A DNA stretch of 64,000 bases. Source: Vicugna vicugna. Its lineage: Eukaryota. The stretch is taken from contig MU058793.1 in NCBI GenBank assembly GCA_013265495.1, positions 587,970-651,969 of the forward strand, in the 5' to 3' direction. Below are positions 25,101-35,824 of this stretch, piece by piece; positions within the stretch are counted from its first letter, which is position 1, and each line of letters opens with the position of its first letter. Position numbers and translations under genes: made by a program. Under the pieces are notes generated by a model. The model searched no databases and was not told where the DNA came from. It saw nothing but the letters and a program-made list of their open reading frames with translations.

Positions 25101-26233
25101 CATACCAAAGCCGGAAAAGGGCACTACTAAAAAAGAGAACTATAAGCCTGTGCCCCTGATGAATATAGATGCAAAAAGTCTCAATAAAATACCAACAAAC
25201 TGAACTCAGCCACACAGTTTTTTTAAAAACCTCATACAAAAAAAGATAAAGCTTGTGATTACCAGATTTGAAGGGTTGAGGGAGGAAGAATTGGAGGAAT
25301 GCGGTCAAAAGGTACAAATTTCCAATCATAAGATTAATAAGTACTAAGGATATAAATGCACAACATGGTGACTATAAACACTGCTATATGATATACAGGA
25401 AGGCTGTTAAGAAAGTAAATTCTAAGAGTTGTCATCACAATTTTAAAAGAAATTATTTTTTCTCTTTTCTTCTTTCTTTTATTTATATTGTGTCTCTATA
25501 AGATGATGGATGTCAGCTGAGTTTATTACAATAATCCTTACACAATATATGTAAATCAGACCATCATGCTGTATGCCTTAAACTTACAGAGTGATGTATA
25601 TCAATTATTCCTCAATAAACCTGGGAAGGAAAAAAGAGTTGAAAACAGCCGAAATGTTCATTGATAGATGAACGGATAAGGAAAATGTGGTATACACAGA
25701 CAACAGAGTATCATTCAGCCTTAAAAAAAGGAAATCCCATCATTTACAACATCATGGAGAACATGATGCTAAATGAAATAAGCCAAACACAGAAAGATAA
25801 ATATTGTATGATATCACCTATATGTGGAATCTAAAAAAGTTGAACTCATAGAAGCAGAGAGTAGAACAGTGGTTACCAGAGACAAGGAGGAGAGAGAAAT
25901 AAGAGAGGTGATGGCTAAAGGGCACAAAGTTTCAATAATGCAAGATAAATAAGCTCTGGATATCTACTATACGGCATAGTGCCATAGTTAACAATATTAT
26001 GTTATACACTTGATAATTGCTAAGAGGGTAGATCTTATGTTATGTATTTACCAATAACAATACTAATAAAGTTGAGAGGAAACTTTGGGAGGTGATGGAT
26101 ACGTTTGTGATATTGATGGTAGTGATGTTTTCATGGGTGTATACTTATGCCCAAACTCAAGTTGTATACATTAACTATGTACGGATTTTTAAATGTCAAT
26201 CAGACCTCCATAAAGTAACTCAGGAAGAAAAAT
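22140..26233 (+). mobile_element. L1 (L1MB-like) with both ends retained and several large internal deletions
   Basis: 16-bp TSD ccaattaggaacaacc (22124-22139) / ccaattgggaacaacc (26234-26249); 5' UTR, ORF1 ends, ORF2 endonuclease-to-RT remnant (ORF 24251-24643 MKLEINSKRK...WELNNTLLNCQWIKEEIKEEI), 3' UTR. Confidence 0.92.
25222..25637 (+). mobile_element. Second L1 3' UTR (L1MC1-like) nested in the larger L1
   Basis: ggtcaaaaggtacaaatttcc...gtaaattctaagagtt...gccttaaacttacagagtgatgtatatcaattattcctcaataaacctggg. Confidence 0.82.
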
Positions 26234-26359
26234 CCAATTGGGAACAACCGAAGTGAACTATAATGTGATGGAGAAATAAGCTTTTATTGTGTGAAGCCAA
26301 TATACAGAATTAGGGATATCAGCTGTTGTAACAGCTGGCATTATCTTAATTAATATTTT

Positions 26360-26820
26360 TGAGCAGCTCAATGATTTCCTTTTAGGAAATTACTTCTTCC
26401 ATTGTATGTCACCTGTTTGGCATGGCAAATCAAGGCACCCATTTCCCACTATGGAAGCTGCTGACGAGACTACCTTTTCTGTCTCCTTCTCAGTAAAGCC
26501 AGGGAATGGGGTAATCAGGGAACACGGCTTAAGCTCAGCTCATCAAATGTACTGTCCTAAGAGAGAGTGAAATAAAGGGAGAAGTACTTTCATGGTTGCA
26601 GGTGGTGACAGCACTCTGGCCACACTTCTCTGCCACAAGAGACTTACTCTGTGTCCTCCTTTCCAGCCCTCAGGAGTTGCTCTGGTTCCTGTCCATTCTC
26701 ATGCAGACTCAAGGCTCTTGACAATTCTGTGAATTCCTGCTTTCCTCCCAATAAATTTCCCCTTCTTCCGTTAGTCGGAGTCAGCTTCTGTTGTCTACAA
26801 TCAAGGAACCCTAACTAACG
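26360..26820 (+). mobile_element. Old MaLR/ERVL solo LTR
   Basis: 3' end caataaatttccccttctt...gagtcagcttctgttgtctacaatcaaggaaccctaactaa typical of MLT1-like LTRs. Confidence 0.65.
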
Positions 26821-27949
26821 CTATCCCCAAAGAAGACACATTGAAAACAAAATTTAGAAGAGCCCCTGTTCCAATAAATACTTTGAAGATTGGATTTGGT
26901 AAGTAATACTAAAAGCAAATATAGATCTCTTAAAAGGTAAATATGCTCTACCTAGATGTCTCCTCAAGTTTTGCACGGGGGGTGGGGAGGTAGCAAAGAA
27001 TTAGCAGTGCGGTTTTCCATATGCTGCAATAAATATGAAGACAGTGTAGTCAAGTCAGAGGAACTCTGATTGATTTATTACATTATAGTTCCTTAACAGT
27101 GTTTCATTGCCTTTTTAAAAACCATTGAGTCATTAAAAAAAATCTTTGTGAATACAGTTCCCAACATCATTATAAGGGATTCTTGACAGCTCTTCATTTT
27201 TAATGGCTCCCCATAATGGTTCTGTTTAGTGGGAGATTGGCTTGGAGGCCAGTGACTAAAGGAGTCTGGGCTTACATGGTGGCCTGTGCAAAGACGAATC
27301 TGAAGTTAATTTGTGCAGAGTAATTGAAGAACTTTGGTGGCAGTATTTTTTAAAAGAGGCTAGAATACCAATTGGGGCTCTAAGAGGTTTTATTTTTTTT
27401 TTTTAATCTGAAAGATGAGGAAAAAATAACCGGAGTGTCAGATTGTCCTTAAACATCCAAAAGGAAGAAATGGTACTTATATGCAATTCAAATTGGAAGG
27501 GAAAGATTGTGCCTCGGGCCAACTGAAAGGAAAATGCTGGTTTTCTAATTTGTAGCAAATGGAGATGAGCTCTCAGCTGGATTGGCCAGGGTCCCCAAGA
27601 GACCCGGCAGTAGGGAAAAGATTCCGGGACGGGAGTAAGGATGCGTTGGGGCCAGCACTGCTCCCCTCTCTTCTGCCTATCACCCACTGTAGACAAAATA
27701 CAAGAAATTCAATCTGTCCCCTCCAGGGTATGGAAAATACCCATTGTGCTCTAGAAATAAATGCATAACGCAAGTGCTTACACCTCAATCCAAGTCCACA
27801 AACATTTACTGAGAGTTTACTTGGTCCCTGGTACCATACCAGACATTGTTGGGATATAGACATGAATAAGGCATAACATGTTCCTGACCAGTAGAGACAC
27901 AAGGAAATAGGGACGTGGCAGAGACAACAGAAGTGCTGGAAGGGTTCCA

Positions 27950-28460
27950 GGAGACATCTATTTGTTTGTACCCGCCCAGCATCCCCTCTTGGGAGGACAA
28001 GAACCTGGATTTTCTTAAAGACAGATTGTCCTTTCATTCAGGTGAGGCTGACCACTGCCCCTCCCCACTTGGTTCTCTGCCTCCATTGATGGGCACACTG
28101 ATGGACACAGAGCATTCCACTTTCCTGGCCCTAGTGGTCAGTGCATGCATGGACATCTGGCCCAAGCCAGGCCAAAGAAACTCTTGGCTCTTTAGCTAGA
28201 ACCGTTGAGAAAGAGGCACTGAGTTCACACTGGGGCCACTCAGCCAATGAATGCACGTCTAAGACTGCTGATAGTCAGGTTGCCCCTACACGTAAAGCAA
28301 CTGTCTGAGAATAAAGACAGAGGAGTGCTGAATTGAGATGGACAGAGACAGTCACCTGATGACACAGTTGGACATCTGCACCCATCTGTGCCTGAAGCCA
28401 TTTCACCCTGGACATATCCAAAAAGTGAACTGCTTGCAACTGACAAGGGTCCTGATGGTT
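27950..28460 (+). mobile_element. Old MaLR LTR (MLT1K/L-like)
   Basis: gggaggacaagaacctggattttc...catggacatctggcccaagccaggcca...cagtcacctgatgacacagttgg...tgcttgcaactgacaagggtcctga. Confidence 0.65.
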
Positions 28461-28649
28461 GTTAGTATGATGTGGAAAGGATTAAGCAGACCTCCAGGAA
28501 TCAGGGATGGCTATGGTCCCGGTGGCATATGAACTGGTTGAAGGGAAATCTGAAACTCCACTGGACTTTCATGTCTTCAGTTCCATTCTGAGTGAAGTGA
28601 CCATAGTAGACCCTCAGAAGTATCTTGCCTTCATTTTCACATGACCCTG

Positions 28650-29110
28650 AGTTCTGGTCACTTGCCCCATTTACTCTTAGATCTCCTACCCTGCCCTCTT
28701 CTGTATCCCAAGGGACTGACCCCTGCAAATTATGGTGCCCATGTTTCCTTAGCAACAGGATTCTGGCAAGAGTCTCATGAGAAACCCCAAAAGGAGACTA
28801 GATATGGAGAGAAGGGGATAAGCTAAAATATTTATACCGCTGCCCCCTACACCAACCTCTGGACTCTGTGTTTGGCAGTAGCTGAAGTTCCAGCTCCTGC
28901 CAGAAATCTTCGCCCTGGTTCCTGGGCACCAATAACACCTTCTGCTCTTTTTGTCCCTCCAGCTCTTTGAGCAGAAGTGAATTCCTGTCATTGCTAACTC
29001 TGAGTGGCTGCATCATCCCTTATCAGCCCTTTGAGCTTTTCCAACATTTTTTCTAACCTGCTCTCTGTGTTAACTGCCCTCTATTGAATTATCTGGCAAG
29101 GATTCTGTTC
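28650..29110 (+). mobile_element. ERVL LTR33-like solo LTR
   Basis: ctaccctgccctcttctgtatcccaagggactgacccctgcaaatta... ends aattatctggcaaggattctgttcc. Confidence 0.6.
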
Positions 29111-30256
29111 CCGTTTTCTACTGCTATGTAACAAACCACCCTTAAACTCAGTGGCTTTAAACAACAATCCTCTTAATGTCTCTCCTGGCTTCTGTGGGTC
29201 GGAATGAGGGCAATGGAAAAGTAAGATCACCTACCATAAAAGAAGGCAACCTAAAACTAAATGCAAGATAATATTATTAAATTCAAGCAAGATAACATTG
29301 ATTGCTGAAGGCTCTTAGCCTAAACCCTATCCTCTCTTTGTTGAAATAGGAAATTAGCAAGTCTGAGATGTTAAAGACCAGCACCAAACTGAGATAATCA
29401 AACGGGCTGAAAGGGAATTTCCTTCTCATGATGGAAATCGATGATGATGTTTTAAAAGTCTGCAGCAGTGCGCCACAGAAAATCATCTCTTCTGCCACCT
29501 AAATACCAGTTCATGCACCACGAAGGGACATGTCCCAGATCTGGGGGAGCAGGTTGGGTCAAGGCAGGCTTGCTGGCAGAGAACGGAAGCCCAGTTAAGA
29601 GCTTGAGTTTAAGAAAGCAAAGCCAAAGCCTTCACCACACCCTCCTCCAGTAGACCTTCTCTGCTCTGCCTGCAAGCAGCTCGTTCCACCTGCCTTGAAC
29701 TCTAATCCTTCACATCTAAATGGACTGCTGGGTCCAATGATACCTGCTAGAGACCCCATAATTTAATTCTATAAGTGGGAAAAGAAAATCCTATTGGGTC
29801 ATCTTGGGTGAGAAAGTCAGCTCTGACTCAGCCAGCCATTGCCCAGGTGAGGGTGTGGACCCTTGTGTGGAAGCACCCCAAAGAGATGGAGCCCAAGCCT
29901 TGGAGGGGGTCTCTAGTAGCCTAGAAGCCACTGTGCAAATTAGGAAATTATCTCTGTCCAGTGTCTTCTGCATAGCCCCTCCAAGGTGGGGAGAGCCTGA
30001 GAAAATGCAGTTGCTGTGGGCCTATGAATTCTGATCACTGAAGTTTCAGGCCCCTGCTTAGAGGACACTCGTGTCCCCAACTTGTGTCCTCAGATCATTT
30101 GTTGATGGAGTTATGGTTTTGCACGTGGATGCTCACTTCTGGGTAAATATTTTTAAGTGACTTTTTTGTTCGTTTGTTTCATGTCCCTCTACCTCAGGTT
30201 GTTCTTATATTCTCACATCCTTAAACTCTCAGGAGCAAAAAGTAATAATGACTTAC

Positions 30257-30317
30257 CTGTGCCGTGTCCTGTTTTGACTTGTCAAATTGTTCAGTTCTAG
30301 GCTCACAGCCTGGGATG
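30257..30317 (-). other. Candidate 61-nt exon
   Basis: Minus strand: ctctaattacttccccccag|CATCCC...GCACAG|gtaagt; branch-point-like ctctaat. Confidence 0.3.
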
Positions 30318-30579
30318 CTGGGGGGAAGTAATTAGAGTGATTTTAGCTAACCTTCCCGCTCTCTGTTATTAATGATAGCAAAGATGTTTGAATAGCTAAC
30401 ACAACAATCCCTTTCTCCTAACTCCTAAATTCCTGTTTATGTTTTCCTAACAGTTACACTATGTTGTCCTTTTCAAAATGGTGGCAACATATCATTATAT
30501 TTTTATCCCTCTCCTGTGATTAGTTGGGAAATTGATCCTGAGCCTACAACTCTAATACCAGTCATCCAAGAACCTAGAT

Positions 30580-30773
30580 CAGAGACCACAAATGGGTTTT
30601 ATTTTACATGCCAACTCTGATCAGTGGTGGAGGCTGCATGGAGAATCATGTTGAAAAAGATTGGAAGGTCACATCCAGGTTGAGCCAGAAGGAGTGCTAG
30701 GATCTACTGGTGATGTCTGACTCAGGTGGAGACAGACAGTGCTGACATCATTCATGCATGTTTGCCATCCCAG
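30580..30773 (+). mobile_element. hAT-Charlie MITE (~195 bp, MER117-like)
   Basis: Ends cagagaccacaaat ... gtttgccatcccag; internal acatgccaactctgatca...ggctgcatggag. Confidence 0.6.
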
Positions 30774-31629
30774 ACCAGACACATCAGCATAGTTCCAGAT
30801 GTAACTCCCGGGAATACACAAACAACAAAAAATTCTAAAGATCTCATTAGGTCTTCATGACACCTCAATGAAGTAGGTAGGGCTGAAATTATTATGACCA
30901 TTTGTTAGATCGGGGAGACTGGGGCATAGAGGCTCCTTGGAAAGAAAAGCCATGGAACCAGAATTCCTGTGCATTTGACTCCTCCTGAGAAAGAAGACCA
31001 CAAAAGTGTGGGGAAAGACACAATGCTGACTATCCACTGATATCCTGTCATTCCATTCTGGCCCATGGTGAGCTTGTGAATTACTTAATCAGTTAAATAA
31101 TTAAATTACTCAACAATGAACATGGAAGGTATGCTAGTTATCCTGCCTCCTTTCTCATACACGGCTTCTTTGCTGTACCACGTCTCACATGCCCACTTCC
31201 ATTATTACTGGGAAATGTTCTCTGGGCCACGACGTTTTGTAAGTTCAAGGCATGGGCCACACCCTCATTCCTTTTCATTCCACAGTGACTTGCCCAGAGC
31301 TGTGCATGTAGTGGTGTTTATTCAGTGCTTACTGAAAATTGGTGCCATCACCCCGGGGCCATCCCAAGCAAAACTGTGATATAGGGCAGTCCCTGGAGGC
31401 CCCCACAGTCATTCCCAGGATCTTCTTATTAATGAGGAGGTCATCGAATCAACTCCTTCCCCTTCTCACCAGGGTTTCTTTATCACTTTCTGAGCCAACT
31501 CTTCCTGGGGCCTTGATGATTTAAGATAGTCAGAGGGTGTCCTCACCCCATTTTGGGTCATATGAATCTGATGACAACTGTGGATTCTGTCTTCTCAAGA
31601 TTTTTATTCTGCTGTAGGGGGCTTATGCC

Positions 31630-32080
31630 AAAGAGGGTTATTTATTGACTCAAATATTCAAATATAGAAGGGGCAGAAATGAAGCTGGCCTGAGAGGTAC
31701 CCAAAACAGCACAGTGCTGTCAGCATGATTTTACCTTCTCTCTCTGTCTCTCACCTTCACCTCTGTTCTTTTCTGACTGATAACTTTATTCCCTCCTATT
31801 ATAGATGGATTTTTGCCACATGGTGGAGATCATGGCTGAATCCTCCTACCATCACCCAGGGAGGGAAGGGAGTGCTTTCCTCCCAACTGAGTTGGAAAAC
31901 TCCCAGGGAAGGACTCTAATTGGCCAGCTGGGGTCAGGTGCCCACTTCTTCAGTCAGTCACTGTGACCAGGATGGATGGCTTAACCATGCCCCCCTCTTC
32001 TGGAGGGCTCTGTCATCAGAAGAGGGAGTGACCTATCCAAGAATTGTAAGCCAGGCAGCCACCCCCAAATCTACCTATAA
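31630..32080 (-). mobile_element. Old MaLR LTR inserted into a small hAT MITE (MITE parts ~31532-31600 and ~32081-32190)
   Basis: gggaaggactctaattggccagctggggtcaggtgcccac (MLT1 reverse); flanks ttttgggtcat...gaatctgatga and aaaaatgcacatactcaca...ttaaccctg. Confidence 0.6.
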
Positions 32081-33531
32081 CAGACCCTTTCCTCCAAAAA
32101 TGCACATACTCACAAACATGTAATTTTTCACATAAAATTTCAAAGTTTTAGACCCCTCAGGCTTATTCCTATCCCTGAAGTTAACCCTGTTTACAAAAAT
32201 TTGCATTGCTAGTGGAAGAATTTCAAAGGGCTGATAATCTGTGGGGCCAGAATCCTCTCAGTAGTCTGTCAAATCCTATCCAGCTTCATTCTCCTAAGCT
32301 GCCCTCTTTTCAGCCTTATCTGGATTCTCATGTCCCTTCCTCTTTTCCTTCCCCCTTCCTATCACTCACTACTCCAATCCCCAGGAAAAGATGGGAGGCC
32401 ATTTCTGTGCAGGGACACCTGGAAATAACTACATGATATTCATCAACTTCGAGCATCACTAGGGAGTTAAAACAACGACACTGAACTACAAATTACAGAG
32501 GTATAGAGACAGAGTTTTGTTCTCAGAAAAGAAGGTGGTGGGTTCTTTTAAAAAAAAAAAAGGAGAGAAATATTTTCTTAACATTTCATAAACGGTCATT
32601 TGAAAACTGCCCTAGAACAAATTGGAAGGCAGTACAATGCCCAGGCGTCCACTTGTTAGAGCTGAAAGAAATGTGCACACACATACTGCATTCTTTATAC
32701 ATACATATTTACACATAATATACATAAAGAATGACCTTCTTCACCGCTCCTCCCTTCTACTGCCTGCAATGGTAACATTTACTGGAGATTTTATTACAAA
32801 AGCCACAAAATGAAATTCTAATCAATAATAGTTTGCAGGAGGGTGAAAAAAAAGGAATTGAATACATTCATAGGTAAAAGATGTTATTATCTCAGTTCAG
32901 TAACTATGAAAGAGAAATAGATGAAAAAATCTGGGTTTTATATTAAAAACCAGCACAGCTGTAGAGTTACATAATAAAGTATTGCCTGTATCCATGGAAA
33001 TGGAGAGTAATTGATGCACCACAAGTTATTTTTATAAACCCAAACAAAAAAATTCAATCAGAAATGTCTTTCCCCGTTTTGGGGGCATTGTATATTTTGT
33101 ATCTGTATATAATGCACACATTTAGAGTGTGAATGCACTCATTATTGATCAGCCGTGTTGAATAGGACATGCTGCTTTCCCTGAATATTCAAGATTAGAA
33201 TCCTGTGGCCCAGCTCCCACTCCTTCTTGAAAGACTTCCTCTGAATAAATTGTGCAGTGCTTTAAAATTCAGGCAGTTCCAACTCAAGGGAATAAAGGGG
33301 CCCATTCCTGGTTTTGGAGGGGTTGGAGGGAGCAACTTTGGAAGATGGGAACTGTGTATAATGCGTACACTTGACTTCCCCCACTGTTGTCCCCTCTCCC
33401 CCTCCCCCAACACATACATACACACAATGCTAAGCACAGAACAGGTCCTCCAAAAAAGCCAGAATGCACAACACAGTGCAATTTTCCCAAATAAAATACA
33501 GATTCCAGGGTTCCACCCCAATCCCCTGTAT

Positions 33532-35474
33532 TGGATTCTTCAGGGGAGGGACCAAAAAAAAATTTGTAAAATCTGTGTACCTCCCCAAGGTAATTCTTGC
33601 CATTACTATTAGTTGACTTATGAGTTGTGTTGAGTTGAGCTGAGTGAGCTGAGTTGAGTTGAGTTGAGCTAAGCTGAGCTGAGTTGAGTTGCTATGGGCT
33701 GCATCAAGTCAAGTTAAAAGAAATAAGGACCTGAAGAAGGGACATGGCACCTCACTGGTTGCTGGAGCAGGGTACTAATCAAGCAATGGTTTTCCTGATC
33801 TGAACCAAATTGATGTCCCTCTCAGAACATATGTTTCATAAAGGCCATGACATTGTCTGCCTTCTTACCTGCTTTATCCCCAGTTACTAGAGCACCAGGC
33901 ACAAAATTTAATAAATGAAGTCAACCAAACCAACCAATCCACATGGAGGCAAAATGGGGGTGGTAACCTCCAGACACAGCTCTTGGTTACGAGACCCCTT
34001 GATGCCTCATGTTTCCTGTTTTTTTTTTTTCCCCCTCTATGCCACAGTCTAGAATGCTTTGGAAGAAAAGATCTACTTTATATTCTAAACTGGCAAGGAA
34101 AAGCTATTTGGAGATGATTTTTAAGCTGAGTGGATGCTATAAATCCTTTCCATTCTCCTTGAAGCCTCTCTGATTACTGCCAGTCACAGATAGCCTCTTC
34201 CTTCTTATAATATCTACAGTTCTTTATCCACGTTCCTCTTAACAGCATTCATAATTTTCATTGTGTTGTCATTACATACATGTTAGTCCCGTCTCCCTTA
34301 CCCTTTGAAGTTAAAATCCATGGATAGTTTATCATGGTATCCGCCCATCTCCTCACTTAGTCCTTAGAAATGTGTTGAGTGTACAAAAGAATGACGATCA
34401 CCAAAAAGTACATCATTTAAAGATTTAAGGAAAAAACACAGTTTTACTCAATCAAGTTTTATTCTCAAGTATATGTTTTTGTGTTCTTTTCACATTAAAA
34501 AATGTTACTGCATTTTAATTGTTAATAAAAATCAACATTTTGGTGGCCCTATTAACCAAAACTTCTTACTATCTAAATGTGGCCATGGTGAATCTTACAC
34601 TTCAGTCAGTTGAGTCTCTATGCCATCCTCATTTGCCAATATCACATTTCCCTCACCCATGCTTGCTCAAACCACCTGTACCCAGAATGTTTACCTCTTT
34701 CTACTCATCTTTTGAGGACCTTTTAAAATCCTACCTCATCTCTGAACATGCACAATCACCCGTTCATCCAGAGATGTGCCAAACTTCAGCCCTTGCCACT
34801 GATTTGACACTTGCTCCTTCTGACTTCATCATGAACTTCTTTTCCTGCACGTTTAATGACTCTTCAAGTCACCCGCCAGCTCCTGGCAGTCAAAGGCTCT
34901 GCTAACGTCTCTTTCCATGGTCTCAGCTCCCCCATGCCCACCGTCACCAGAACTGGAAATACAGAAATTCCCACACCACCAGTGCAATTCCAGAATTATC
35001 CCATTGCTCAGACTTCACTTTCAGAATATCAGGCTCAACTTCCCACCATCCCCACTGGACCTCCTCTTACACTGACTTTTCTTGAGCCACACCTTCCTTG
35101 ACTTGGTACCTTGTCCCATGTTTTTGTTCTCACTCCAGCTAAGTGGGTGACCTGACCCTGGCTCTGACTTCTCACTTCCTGTGGGTATTAGCGCCACACA
35201 TTACAGTAACAAGACAGAGTGTCCATGCCCAGATTCTCTATATATTATACTCTCTTCCTCCTCCTAGCAGAAGAATAATGTCAGACAGCATAAACTAGCT
35301 CTTTAGTCATGTTGAGTGCCCCCCTAGTTCTTGCCAAAGTGCCTTGCTCACTGTAGGGCCCCAAAACAGATATCAGAGTATTAACTCCAACGTGTTCAGT
35401 GTCAGAGTATTAATTTATGGGGGGGTAGGATGAAAAGAGGGTAATACACGATAAAGTTGGAAATGCTTTCTTTG
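33532..35474 (+). repeat. Copy 1 of near-identical ~1.95-kb direct duplication abutting the gap
   Basis: Matches 35825-37781; identical ORFs at 34519/36826 and 34856/37163 (offset 2307). Confidence 0.97.
33620..33692. repeat. Pentanucleotide repeat (GAGYT)n; repeated at ~35908-35980
   Basis: tgagttgagctgagtgagctgagttgagttgagttgagct... Confidence 0.9.
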
Positions 35475-35824
35475 NNNNNNNNNNNNNNNNNNNNNNNNNN
35501 NNNNNNNNNNNNNNNNNNNNNNNNNNNNNNNNNNNNNNNNNNNNNNNNNNNNNNNNNNNNNNNNNNNNNNNNNNNNNNNNNNNNNNNNNNNNNNNNNNNN
35601 NNNNNNNNNNNNNNNNNNNNNNNNNNNNNNNNNNNNNNNNNNNNNNNNNNNNNNNNNNNNNNNNNNNNNNNNNNNNNNNNNNNNNNNNNNNNNNNNNNNN
35701 NNNNNNNNNNNNNNNNNNNNNNNNNNNNNNNNNNNNNNNNNNNNNNNNNNNNNNNNNNNNNNNNNNNNNNNNNNNNNNNNNNNNNNNNNNNNNNNNNNNN
35801 NNNNNNNNNNNNNNNNNNNNNNNN
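35475..35824. other. Assembly gap (350 N)
   Basis: Run of n characters. Confidence 1.

Larger units (their letters stand above)
21832..26355 (+). mobile_element. MaLR LTR (MLT1-like) split by a 4.1-kb L1 (LTR parts ~21832-22139 and ~26234-26355)
   Basis: gactatatgactgacttcaagccaatgg...gatccctgaatcac...[L1]...gagaaataagcttttattgtgtgaagcca. Confidence 0.7.

Noticed and set aside
33620..33692. (GAGCT/GAGTT)n resembling an immunoglobulin switch region
   Set aside because: Only ~70 bp, lacks GGGGT units, and no Ig exons nearby; a simple pentamer repeat
35372..35413. 12-bp direct repeat tcagagtattaa around an 18-bp spacer (CRISPR-like or TSD-like)
   Set aside because: Only two units in mammalian DNA; a small local duplication
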